64,000 bases of DNA, from positions 1 through 64,000 of the IMG/VR virus record IMGVR_UViG_3300048574_000462; one strand, written 5' to 3'. A program made the translations under genes and the position numbers. A model generated the notes under the pieces. It was not told the DNA's origin. It was given only the letters and a program-made list of their open reading frames with translations, and did not search any database. The DNA is from a virus. The stretch's first letter is position 1. Each line of letters begins with the position of its first letter. This document shows positions 10,118 through 18,649 of the stretch, piece by piece.

Positions 10118-10663
10118 ATGGCAAACGGACACGGTGGCGCGCGCGTGGGCGCCGGACAGAAGAAAAAGCCCCTCTCGGACAAGATCGCCGAAGGCAACCC
10201 CGGAAAGCGCAAACTGACGGTGCTGGATTTCACGGCGAACGCTGCCGACCTCGAAGGCCAGGCCATGCCGCAACCGCGCACCTACCTCGCCGCCAAGCAG
10301 AAGAACGGCAAGGACCTGCTGGCGATGGACATCTTCGAATCCACATGGAAGTGGTTGGACGAGCGGGGCTGCGCGAACCTCGTGCCGGCGCAGATTTTGG
10401 AGCAGTACGCAATGGCGATCTCGCGCTGGATTCAATGCGAGGAATGTATCACCGAGTTCGGCTTCCTGGCGAAACACCCGACCACCGGCAACGCCATCCC
10501 CTCGCCCTACGTGGCCATGAGCCAGAGCTTTTCCAAGCAGGCCAACAACCTGTGGTATCAAATCTATCAGGTGGTCCGGGAGAATTGCTCCATTGAGTTC
10601 AAGGGCGCGACGCCCCATGACGATATGATGGAGCGCCTGCTCTCGGCGCGCCGTGGAGGATAA
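10118..10663 (+). CDS. terS: Terminase small subunit (P27 family)
   Basis: GG.R.GAG.KKK, GNPGKR.L, G.L.KHPTTG..I.SPYV; AGGAGG RBS. Confidence 0.88.
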   Translation: MANGHGGARVGAGQKKKPLSDKIAEGNPGKRKLTVLDFTANAADLEGQAMPQPRTYLAAKQKNGKDLLAMDIFESTWKWLDERGCANLVPAQILEQYAMAISRWIQCEECITEFGFLAKHPTTGNAIPSPYVAMSQSFSKQANNLWYQIYQVVRENCSIEFKGATPHDDMMERLLSARRGG

Positions 10664-10666
10664 TTC

Positions 10667-11251
10667 ATGAACATTCAAACCCTGCCCTTGAAGGACATTC
10701 ATCCGTATGCACGCAATCCGCGCAAGAACGGCGAGGCCGTGAAGGGCGTCACGGCCAGCATCCGCGAGTTCGGTTTTCTGGTACCGCTGGTGATCGACCG
10801 GAACCATGAGATCGTGGCCGGCCACACCCGGTACAAAGCGGCGCAATCCCTGGGCATCAAGGAAGTCCCCTGCGTCATCGCCGACGAGCTGACCGAGGAT
10901 CAGATCAAAGCATTTCGACTGGCCGATAACAAAGTTGGCGAGATGGCGCAATGGGACATGGACCTGCTGCCGCTGGAATTGCAGGGGATCATGCTGCCCA
11001 TGACCGACTTCGGCTTCCAGGCGATCTCCGACGAGGACTTCTCCGACAATTTTACCCTGGACGCCGGTGAGAAGAAGCCCTTCCAGCAGATCAGCATCAC
11101 CGTCCACGACGAGCAAGCCAGCCTCATGCTGGCGGCAATCAAGTATGTGTACGACCAGCAGGCCGTGTCGGAAACCTTCGGCAACGAGAATCACAACGGA
11201 AACGGACTCTATGAGGTGGTGAGAGAGTGGGCCGCGCTAAAGAAATTGTGA
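10667..11251 (+). CDS. ParB/Srx-like N-terminal domain protein
   Basis: PYARNPR.N, SIREFGF..P.VID, AGHTR..AA, FRLADNK. Confidence 0.85.
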   Translation: MNIQTLPLKDIHPYARNPRKNGEAVKGVTASIREFGFLVPLVIDRNHEIVAGHTRYKAAQSLGIKEVPCVIADELTEDQIKAFRLADNKVGEMAQWDMDLLPLELQGIMLPMTDFGFQAISDEDFSDNFTLDAGEKKPFQQISITVHDEQASLMLAAIKYVYDQQAVSETFGNENHNGNGLYEVVREWAALKKL

Positions 11252-11973
11252 TGAAGGTGCTGCCTTCGGGTGTCGCAAACGCGTTCATCCGGACGCACCA
11301 CTATTCCGGCAAGGTCGTAAACAATTCCAAGCTCCACTTCGGCATTTTCCTCGACGGTCAACTCCATGGCGTCATGAGCTACGGCCCGTCGCTGGACAAG
11401 AGCAAGATCATCGGGCTGGTGGAGGGTACCGGATGGAATGATTTCCTGGAATTGAACCGCATGGCTCTCGATGCTGTGCTGCCCAGGAATTCCGAAAGCC
11501 GCGCCATTTCCATGAGCATCCGCCTCCTGAAAAAGCACGCGCCGCAGGTGAAATGGATCATCTCCTTCGCCGACGCCTGCTCCTGCGGTGACGGTGCGAT
11601 CTATCGGGCCAGCAATTTCGTGCTGACCGGCATCAAGGAAAACCTGAACCTCGCGGAGCTTCCCGATGGCACCCGCATCCACAAGATGACGCTGGCATCG
11701 AACCCGACCACGCCGCGCCGCGAGCTGAATGGGCTGACGTTCTTCGACGTGACGGGCGGCACCTACAATTTCAAGAAGTATCTGGACTACGTGGGCGCGA
11801 GGCCCATCCCCGGCTTCCAGCTTCGGTACATGTACTTCATTGACCCGGCCTGCCGGGAAAAACTGACCGTGCCCATCATCCCCTTCTCCAAGATCGACGA
11901 GCTGGGAGCGGGCATGTACAAAGGCGCGAAGATCACGCAGGCGGAGCGGCATTCCATCACCACGCCGGGATGA
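11227..11973 (+). CDS. mom: Mom-family adenine-modifying (methylcarbamoyl) GNAT-fold enzyme
   Basis: HHYSG, ELNRM, PRNSESRAIS, IISFAD...GDG.IYRASNF, typical of Mu Mom homologues; GTG start overlapping ParB gene. Confidence 0.8.
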   Translation: MGRAKEIVMKVLPSGVANAFIRTHHYSGKVVNNSKLHFGIFLDGQLHGVMSYGPSLDKSKIIGLVEGTGWNDFLELNRMALDAVLPRNSESRAISMSIRLLKKHAPQVKWIISFADACSCGDGAIYRASNFVLTGIKENLNLAELPDGTRIHKMTLASNPTTPRRELNGLTFFDVTGGTYNFKKYLDYVGARPIPGFQLRYMYFIDPACREKLTVPIIPFSKIDELGAGMYKGAKITQAERHSITTPG

Positions 11974-11989
11974 TCCCCGGCGTATTCAT

Positions 11990-12063
11990 GCGCGGATAGG
12001 CTAACAGCAGACCGCCCACCAACCGGTGGGAAGCGACGGGGCGGCACCGTTCTCCGCGCTCCA
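11990..12063 (+). ncRNA. tRNA-Gly-like RNA (non-canonical cloverleaf with encoded CCA)
   Basis: Acceptor GCGCGGA/TCCGCGC (7 bp), T discriminator, CCA; anticodon arm CCCAC-CAACCG-GTGGG; T arm GACGG-GGCGGCA-CCGTT; weak D arm. Confidence 0.75.
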
Positions 12064-12090
12064 TTTTCAGTTTCAAGAACAGGAGTAACC

Positions 12091-13386
12091 ATGAACATTC
12101 AGAAGATTCCCGCCGCGCGGCTCAATCCCGCCGCATACAACCCGCGCAAGGACCTGAAACCCGGCGACAAGGAGTACGAAAAGCTCAAGCGCTCCATCGC
12201 CGAGTTCGGGTATGTCGAGCCTGTCATCTGGAACGCCCAGACGGGCAATGTGGTCGGCGGCCATCAGCGGCTCAAGGTGCTGCTGGATCTCGGGCATACG
12301 GAAATCGACTGCGTGGTGGTCGATCTCGATCCCCAGCGCGAGAAGGCGCTGAACGTCGCCCTCAACAAAATCCAGGGCGATTGGGACGAGGGGAAATTGG
12401 CCTCCCTCATGGCCGACTTCGATGCCGAGGCGTTCGACGTATCGCTGACCGGCTTCGACGCTGACGAGGTAGACGCGCTGCTGAACAAATTCTACTCCAA
12501 GGAAGCCGTGGAGGATGATTTCGACGCCGACGAGGCAAAGAAGGACATCGAGGCATCGGGTGGCGCGGCATCGCAGGCCGGGGACCTCTGGCGGATGGGC
12601 GATCATCTGCTCCTGTGCGGCGATTCGACCGACCCGGAGAGCTACGAACGGCTCATGGGCGCCGAGCGCGCACAATGCGCGATCACCTCGCCGGCCATCG
12701 ATCCCAAGGCATACGCCAGGGACGGCATCGACCCTTGGCTGGATCGCATGGGCACGGTCGTTAAACTCTTGACCCGGTTCGCGGACATCATCTGCTGGCA
12801 GACCGCCGACCTCATAAAGACCGGGAGCCAATTCATTGAGCCGACCGGTTTCCACTCCGTTCGGCTGTTCGCGGACGCGAACTACCGGCCGCTGTGGATT
12901 CGCGTCTGGAAGATGGCCGGAGGCGCGCCGGGCGCCGGTCCGCTGCAGCTCGCGTCCACGAAGCCTGCGCCGCAATTCGATACCGTGTTGGCGTTCGCTG
13001 GACAAGAGATAGAAGCCTACAACGATCAGGAGTATTCCTGGGTATCGGCCTTTGCCACCCATGCCTTCCAATTCGTGCGCCGGCTCACCCGCGACGAGCG
13101 GCGCAAATGGGGCTATGCGGGCGTGTGGGAGATTGCCGCCGTGCGGCGCGATAAGGACAGCGAGCCGCAAATCCCGGTGGAGTTGCCGTGGCGATGCCTC
13201 AAAATGCACTCCGACGTGAACGGCGTGATCCTGGACCCCTTTGCGGGCCTGGGCACGACGATCATCGCCGCCGAGCAGAGTGGCCGCGTCTGCCGCGCCA
13301 TTGAAAATGATCCTCTCCGCTGCGAGTTGATCGTGCGGCGCTGGGAGCAGTTCACCGGCAAGGAAGCCGAGCGGGTTGAAAGATAA
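12091..13386 (+). CDS. ParB-domain plus N6/N4 DNA methyltransferase-like protein with degenerate catalytic motif
   Basis: YNPRKDL, GGHQRLKVL ParB; HLLLCGDST; TSPAI in place of (D/S)PPY; DPFAGLGTT SAM-binding motif. Confidence 0.8.
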   Translation: MNIQKIPAARLNPAAYNPRKDLKPGDKEYEKLKRSIAEFGYVEPVIWNAQTGNVVGGHQRLKVLLDLGHTEIDCVVVDLDPQREKALNVALNKIQGDWDEGKLASLMADFDAEAFDVSLTGFDADEVDALLNKFYSKEAVEDDFDADEAKKDIEASGGAASQAGDLWRMGDHLLLCGDSTDPESYERLMGAERAQCAITSPAIDPKAYARDGIDPWLDRMGTVVKLLTRFADIICWQTADLIKTGSQFIEPTGFHSVRLFADANYRPLWIRVWKMAGGAPGAGPLQLASTKPAPQFDTVLAFAGQEIEAYNDQEYSWVSAFATHAFQFVRRLTRDERRKWGYAGVWEIAAVRRDKDSEPQIPVELPWRCLKMHSDVNGVILDPFAGLGTTIIAAEQSGRVCRAIENDPLRCELIVRRWEQFTGKEAERVER

Positions 13387-13401
13387 TTTCAAAAAAGGGG
13401 T

Positions 13402-13460
13402 GAAAAGCCTTGTCTTTCGGGGGTGTCTCCAGTACAGTCCAGTCACATCAAACAAGGAGG
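13402..13460 (+). promoter_or_regulatory. Repeated sigma-A-like promoter, copy 1
   Basis: TTGTCT(13410)-17 bp-TACAGT(13433), followed by AAGGAGG. Confidence 0.7.
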
Positions 13461-13468
13461 CACCCGCC

Positions 13469-13783
13469 ATGAGCAAAGCGCATTTCGCCTGCAAGCCCAC
13501 CACCATGAAGGACATTCCGACCACCCGCAGGGACATGGACGAATACGAGATCATGGATACCATCCAACTGCCGGAGGCGGAGTGGAACGACTTTACGCGG
13601 CACCTCATGATCGACCGGAAATGGCTCGCGGATTTCAGCCGGATGGCGACCCAGGCGCGGTGGTACACGGGCGGCTCGCGGCCCTGCATTCTGGTAAAGC
13701 CGGAAAACGGGACGCAGCGGCCGCTGCTGATCGACACCCAGGGCTATGACTACCCGCGCTACATCGCGTATGCGCCGCAATAA
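13469..13783 (+). CDS. Small moron-like hypothetical protein
   Basis: Own promoter, RBS and terminator; C-terminal LLIDTQGYDYPRY. Confidence 0.7.
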   Translation: MSKAHFACKPTTMKDIPTTRRDMDEYEIMDTIQLPEAEWNDFTRHLMIDRKWLADFSRMATQARWYTGGSRPCILVKPENGTQRPLLIDTQGYDYPRYIAYAPQ

Positions 13784-13789
13784 CCAACG

Positions 13790-13818
13790 GAAAGGGCAGC
13801 CTGCGGGCCGCCTTTTTC
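13790..13818 (+). terminator. Intrinsic terminator
   Basis: AAAGGGCAGCC..GGCCGCCTTTTT hairpin plus T run. Confidence 0.55.
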
Positions 13819-13842
13819 GTCGTTTGCAGGCTGCTTCTTTAG

Positions 13843-13902
13843 AAAAAGCCTTGTCTTTTCGGGGTGTCTCGCGTACAGTCCAGACACTTCAAGCAAGGGA
13901 GG
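13843..13902 (+). promoter_or_regulatory. Repeated sigma-A-like promoter, copy 2
   Basis: TTGTCT(13851)-17 bp-TACAGT(13874); ~55 bp near-identical to copy 1. Confidence 0.7.
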
Positions 13903-13911
13903 CCATGGGAT

Positions 13912-14205
13912 ATGCAAGCAAAGTTTGAACTCGGGCAGTTGGTGGCGACGCGCGGCGTGGCGAACCTGATGAGTGAAAACCCGGCTTTCTCGGATTTCGC
14001 GCGCCGGTCGCTCGGGCGGTTCATCTCCGGCGATTGGGGCGAGATGTGCGAGAGCGACAAGCAGCAGAATGAGGACGCACTTAAAGACAACGACAATCGC
14101 ATTTTCGCCGCCTATGAAAACATGGAGCACGCCGCCTGGAAGCTCTGGATCATCACCGAATGGGACCACAGCGCCACGACGCTGCTGTTCCCCAGCGAAT
14201 ACTAA
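13912..14205 (+). CDS. Conserved mobile-element hypothetical protein
   Basis: LG.LVAT.GV, GDWG...D...N..AL, WIITEWD.S.TT.LFPSEY. Confidence 0.75.
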   Translation: MQAKFELGQLVATRGVANLMSENPAFSDFARRSLGRFISGDWGEMCESDKQQNEDALKDNDNRIFAAYENMEHAAWKLWIITEWDHSATTLLFPSEY

Positions 14206-14218
14206 GGGGGAGGCGCAA

Positions 14219-14446
14219 ATGATGAAAGGTTTTCCTTCCCGCTCAGTGGTTGAGAGCCTCCGCCACCAGTATCCCGAAGGCACGCGGGTGGCGCTGGTCA
14301 GCATGGACGATCCGTACACGAAGCTCCGGCCCGGCGACGAGGGCACGGTCTTCGCGGTGGATGACATCGGGACCGTCCACATCCAATGGGACAATGGATC
14401 GACGCTGGGCGCGGTCTACGGCGAGGATACAATCCGCAAGCTGTAG
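14219..14446 (+). CDS. DUF4314 domain protein
   Basis: YP.GTRV.LV.MDDPY..L.PG..GTV..VDDIGT.H..WDNGS.L....GED. Confidence 0.85.
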   Translation: MMKGFPSRSVVESLRHQYPEGTRVALVSMDDPYTKLRPGDEGTVFAVDDIGTVHIQWDNGSTLGAVYGEDTIRKL

Positions 14447-14577
14447 CCTCTTGAGAACGGGCCGGGAACGGCCTGTTTTCGTCGGCGCGCGGTTGAAAAT
14501 ATCTTTTAGGAAATGACGGAATTCCAAGCGGCGCGAGCTGCTTTTTTCTTGCCCATTTTCGAGAAAGGAGGCTGCCT

Positions 14578-15096
14578 GTGAGCAATCCCTACCGCATCTC
14601 CCGCCAGGGGCATGGCGTCGCCAGCTTCGCGGGCGGCGGCGAGTTGCTGTTCGACCTTGCCGACCTGCCGCTGATCCTCAAGCATACATGGCACCTGGGG
14701 AAGCGCGGCTACCCAGCCACGCATACCCGGCGCGGAACGGTCGTGCTCCATCGCCTCTTGTTCCCGGAAGCGGACGGCATGGAGATCGATCACATCAACG
14801 GGGATAAGCTGGACAACCGCCGCGTGAATCTGCGCGCCTGCACGCACCAGCAGAACGGGTTCAATCAGAAGCGGCGTCACACCAACACCAGCGGATTCAT
14901 CGGCGTCAGCTTCGCACCACGGCTCGGTTGCTATGAGGCGTACATTCACCATAACAGGACGAAGCACCACCTGGGGTTGTACGCCGACCCGGCCACCGCC
15001 GCGCGGGTACGCGATTGCGTGGCGCGGCTGCTGTTCGGCGAGTATGCCCGCCTGAATTTCCCCAGGAAGGCGGGCCGCAGGCATGGCTCGGGCTAA
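14578..15096 (+). CDS. HNH homing-type endonuclease with AP2-like C-terminus
   Basis: LHRL, IDHINGDKLDNRRVNLR, NTSGF.GV, HLG.Y.....AA..RD. Confidence 0.88.
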   Translation: MSNPYRISRQGHGVASFAGGGELLFDLADLPLILKHTWHLGKRGYPATHTRRGTVVLHRLLFPEADGMEIDHINGDKLDNRRVNLRACTHQQNGFNQKRRHTNTSGFIGVSFAPRLGCYEAYIHHNRTKHHLGLYADPATAARVRDCVARLLFGEYARLNFPRKAGRRHGSG

Positions 15097-16681
15097 GCGG
15101 TTCCGGCCCACGGAATTCATGCTTCCCACCTCATGCTATGACAAGGCCCGCGCGGATCACGCCGTTTCCTTCATCCAGAGCCTCAAGCACACCAAGGGCG
15201 TGTGGGCGGGCCAGCCGTTTTTGCTGTTCGACTGGCAGGAGCAGATCATCCGCGACCTGTTTGGCGTTGTCAAGGGAAACGGATACCGGCAGTTCAATAC
15301 CGCCTTCGTGGAAATCTGCAAGAAGGCAGGCAAGTCTGAATTGGCCGCTGCCGTGGCGCTGTACATGCTCTGCGCCGACGAGGAAGAAGGCGCGGAGATC
15401 TACGGGTGTGCCAACGACCGGGCGCAGGCCAGCATCGTGTTTGACGTGGCGAAGGACATGGTGCTCCAAAGCCCGGCGCTGCTCAAGCGCATCAAAATCG
15501 TGGAGAGCCAGAAGCGGTTGGTTTACACGCCCACCCGCTCGATCTATCAGGCGCTGTCTTCGGAGGTCGCCTCCAAGTACGGCTACAACGTCCACGCCTG
15601 TATTTTCGATGAGTTGCTGGGCCAGCCGAACCGGAAGCTGTTCGACGTGATGACGAAGGGTTCCGGAGCGGCGCGAAAGCAGCCGCTGAATTTCGTCATC
15701 ACCACGGCCGGCTCGGATAAGAACAGCATCTGCTATGAGGTGCACGCAAAGGCCGTGGACATTCTGGAGGGCCGGAAATACGACGCCACCTTCTATCCTG
15801 TCGTGTACGGCGCGCCGACTGAGGCCGACTGGACAGACCCGAAGGTGTGGAAAAGCGTCAACCCTTCGCTGGGAAAGACGGTCGATCCCGAATTCTATCG
15901 TGCCGCCTGTGAGAGCGCCAAGCAGAACCCCGCCGAGGAAATGCTGTTCCGACAGTTCTTCCTCTGCCAGTGGACCAGCACCACCGTCCGCTGGATGCCC
16001 ATGGACACATGGGACGCCTGCGCGTTCCCGGTGGACCCGGAGCGTTTGCGCGGGCGCGTCTGCTACGGTGGCCTCGACCTGTCCTCTACCACCGACATCA
16101 CGGCGTTCGTGCTGGTGTTCCCTCCCGAGGATGCGGACGGCAAGTATGAAATCCTGCCGTTCTTCTGGCTGCCGGAGGACAACATCGATCTCCGCGTCCG
16201 GCGCGATCATGTCCCCTACGACATATGGGCCAAGCAGGGGCATGTGTACACCACGGAGGGGAACGTCGTGCACTACGGCTTCATTGAGGAATTCATCGAG
16301 GAATTGGGCACGAAGTACAACATCCAAGAAATTGCCTTTGACCGCTGGGGCGCTGTGCAAATGACGCAGAACCTCGAAGGGCTGGGCTTTACCGTTGTGC
16401 CGTTCGGCCAGGGCTTCAAGGACATGTCGCCGCCCACCAAGGAATTGATGAAGTTGACGCTGGAGAAGAAGCTCGCCCATGGCGGCCACCCAGTGCTCCG
16501 CTGGATGGTGGACAACGTGGCGATCCGAACCGACCCAGCCGGCAACATCAAGGCCGACAAAGAGAAATCCACGGAGAAGATCGACGGCGCCGTGGCGACC
16601 ATCATGGCGCTGGACCGGGCGATCCGGCACGGCGGCAATGGTGGCTCCGTGTATGACGAGAGGGGGTTATTATTCGTATGA
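15083..16681 (+). CDS. terL: Terminase large subunit
   Basis: WQEQ, KKAGKS Walker A, IFDE Walker B, ITTAG, GGLDLS, KIDG nuclease motifs. Confidence 0.95.
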   Translation: MARAKRFRPTEFMLPTSCYDKARADHAVSFIQSLKHTKGVWAGQPFLLFDWQEQIIRDLFGVVKGNGYRQFNTAFVEICKKAGKSELAAAVALYMLCADEEEGAEIYGCANDRAQASIVFDVAKDMVLQSPALLKRIKIVESQKRLVYTPTRSIYQALSSEVASKYGYNVHACIFDELLGQPNRKLFDVMTKGSGAARKQPLNFVITTAGSDKNSICYEVHAKAVDILEGRKYDATFYPVVYGAPTEADWTDPKVWKSVNPSLGKTVDPEFYRAACESAKQNPAEEMLFRQFFLCQWTSTTVRWMPMDTWDACAFPVDPERLRGRVCYGGLDLSSTTDITAFVLVFPPEDADGKYEILPFFWLPEDNIDLRVRRDHVPYDIWAKQGHVYTTEGNVVHYGFIEEFIEELGTKYNIQEIAFDRWGAVQMTQNLEGLGFTVVPFGQGFKDMSPPTKELMKLTLEKKLAHGGHPVLRWMVDNVAIRTDPAGNIKADKEKSTEKIDGAVATIMALDRAIRHGGNGGSVYDERGLLFV

Positions 16682-17940
16682 GCGCCTTGGGAAAGCTGTT
16701 CCGGGCGCGGGACAAGCCTGGCGGGCGATCCTCGCCGCGCAATGCGCTGAATGGCAATGCCTATTCTTTTTTCTTCGGCGGGACCACTTCGGGGAAGGCG
16801 GTCAACGAGCGTTCTGCCATGCAAATGACCGCCGTCTATGCCTGCGTGCGTATCCTGTCCGAGGCGGTCGCCTCGCTCCCGTTGCATTTGTATCATTACA
16901 ATGACACGGGCGGAAAGGAAAAGGCGCTCGCGCATCCGCTGTATGCGTTGCTGCACGACGAGTCGAACCCGGAAATGTCGGCGTTTTCCTTCCGGGAAAC
17001 CCTCATGTCGCATCTGCTCCTGTGGGGGAACGGCTACGCGCAGGTGATCCGAAACGGGCGTGGAGAGGTCATGGCGCTGTATCCGCTCATGCCCGACCGC
17101 ATGACCGTGGACCGGGATTCCCAAGGTCACATCTTTTATGAGTACACCCGCTCGGATGGAGACGTGCGAACGATGGGCAGCAAATCCACCGTGACGCTCG
17201 CGCCTTCGGATGTGCTCCACATCCCCGGCCTGGGCTTTGACGGACTGGTGGGATACTCGCCCATCGCTATGGCGAAAAACGCCATCGGCATGGGGCTGGC
17301 CTGCGACGAGTACGGGGCGTCCTTCTACCAGAACGGCGCGCAGCCGGGCGGCGTATTGGAGCATCCGGGTGTCGTGAAAGACCCCAAGCGCGTCCGCGAA
17401 TCCTGGAACGCCATCTACCAGGGCAGCGCCAACGCCCACCGCATCGCGGTATTAGAGGAGGGAATGGCTTACAAGCCCATCTCCATCTCCCCGGAGCAGG
17501 CGCAGTTCCTCCAGACGCGCAAATTTCAGATCGACGAGATCGCGCGAATCTTCCGGGTGCCGCCGCACATGGTGGGCGACCTGGACAAGAGCAGCTTCTC
17601 CAACATCGAGCAGCAGTCGCTGGAGTTTGTAAAGTACACCCTCTCCCCCTGGATCACCCGTTGGGAGCAGGCCGTCTACCGGGCGCTTTTCTCGGAAGCC
17701 GAGAAGAAGCGTTTTTTTGTGCGCTTCAACGTGGAGGGCTTGCTGCGCGGCGATTACAAGAGCCGCATGGACGGATACGCGGTCGCTCGGCAGAACGGCT
17801 GGATGAGCGCAAACGACATCCGGGAGCTTGAGAATTTCGACCGCATCCCGCCCGAGGATGGCGGCGACCTGTATCTGATCAACGGGAACATGCTCACGCT
17901 CGCGCAAGCGGGCGCGTTCGCAAAGGAGAAATCCAAATGA
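16678..17940 (+). CDS. HK97-family portal protein
   Basis: AVYACV.ILSE.VASLPL, GNGYA, G.SPI, QFLQTRKFQ..EIAR.FRVPP. Confidence 0.95.
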   Translation: MSALGKLFRARDKPGGRSSPRNALNGNAYSFFFGGTTSGKAVNERSAMQMTAVYACVRILSEAVASLPLHLYHYNDTGGKEKALAHPLYALLHDESNPEMSAFSFRETLMSHLLLWGNGYAQVIRNGRGEVMALYPLMPDRMTVDRDSQGHIFYEYTRSDGDVRTMGSKSTVTLAPSDVLHIPGLGFDGLVGYSPIAMAKNAIGMGLACDEYGASFYQNGAQPGGVLEHPGVVKDPKRVRESWNAIYQGSANAHRIAVLEEGMAYKPISISPEQAQFLQTRKFQIDEIARIFRVPPHMVGDLDKSSFSNIEQQSLEFVKYTLSPWITRWEQAVYRALFSEAEKKRFFVRFNVEGLLRGDYKSRMDGYAVARQNGWMSANDIRELENFDRIPPEDGGDLYLINGNMLTLAQAGAFAKEKSK

Positions 17941-18635
17941 AGAAATTCTGGAATTGGGCGCGGGATCAGGATGATGCCCGGACCCTGTATCTGGACGGCA
18001 TCATCGCAGAAGATAGCTGGTTCGCGGACGATGTGACACCCGCCGCCTTCAAGGCCGATCTTCTGGCCGGCGCCGGCCCGATCACCATCTGGATCAACAG
18101 CCCTGGCGGCGATTGCGTCGCGGCGGCGCAGATCTACAACATGCTCATGGAGTACCCCAGCGACGTGACGGTCAAGATCGACGGCATCGCCGCTTCGGCC
18201 GCCTCCGTCATCGCCATGGCCGGGACGCGCGTGCTCATGTCGCCCGTGTCCACCATGATGATCCACAACCCTCTGACGGTGGCCATTGGCGACAGCGAGG
18301 AAATGCGCAAGGCGATCCAGATGCTCGATGAGTACAAGGAGTCGATCGTCAACGCCTATGAGATCAAGACCGGCCTCTCCCGCGCGAAGCTGTCGCACCT
18401 CATGGACGCCGAAACGTGGATGAACGCGAACAAGGCGTTGGAGCTGGGCTTCTGCGACGAGATCATGTTCAAAGCTTCCGCACCGCCCGGCGAACCACCC
18501 GAAAACAGCTTTTCCTTCTCCCGCCGCGCTGTGACCAACAGCCTTCTGGACAAGGTGAAGGCCCGGATTCCCCAACCCGAACAGCCCCGTGTGAAAGCGT
18601 CAGACCTTGAAAAAAGGCTGGCGCTTTTGAAATGA
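17937..18635 (+). CDS. ClpP-type head maturation protease
   Basis: INSPGGD, AASAASVIAMAG, MMIHNP, ETWM.A..A.ELGF.D. Confidence 0.93.
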   Translation: MKKFWNWARDQDDARTLYLDGIIAEDSWFADDVTPAAFKADLLAGAGPITIWINSPGGDCVAAAQIYNMLMEYPSDVTVKIDGIAASAASVIAMAGTRVLMSPVSTMMIHNPLTVAIGDSEEMRKAIQMLDEYKESIVNAYEIKTGLSRAKLSHLMDAETWMNANKALELGFCDEIMFKASAPPGEPPENSFSFSRRAVTNSLLDKVKARIPQPEQPRVKASDLEKRLALLK

Positions 18636-18649
18636 TAGGAGGAATTTTC

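Noticed and set aside
11990-12063. Calling the element a canonical translational tRNA-Gly
   Set aside because: It lacks TTC in the T loop and GG in the D loop, and has a 6-nt anticodon loop; reported as tRNA-like ncRNA instead
13402-13902. CRISPR-like or attC-like array from the repeated ~55-bp units
   Set aside because: Only two long copies, separated by a whole gene and shaped like promoters; no cas or integron integrase. DUF2800 is a phage Cas4-like nuclease, not part of a cas operon
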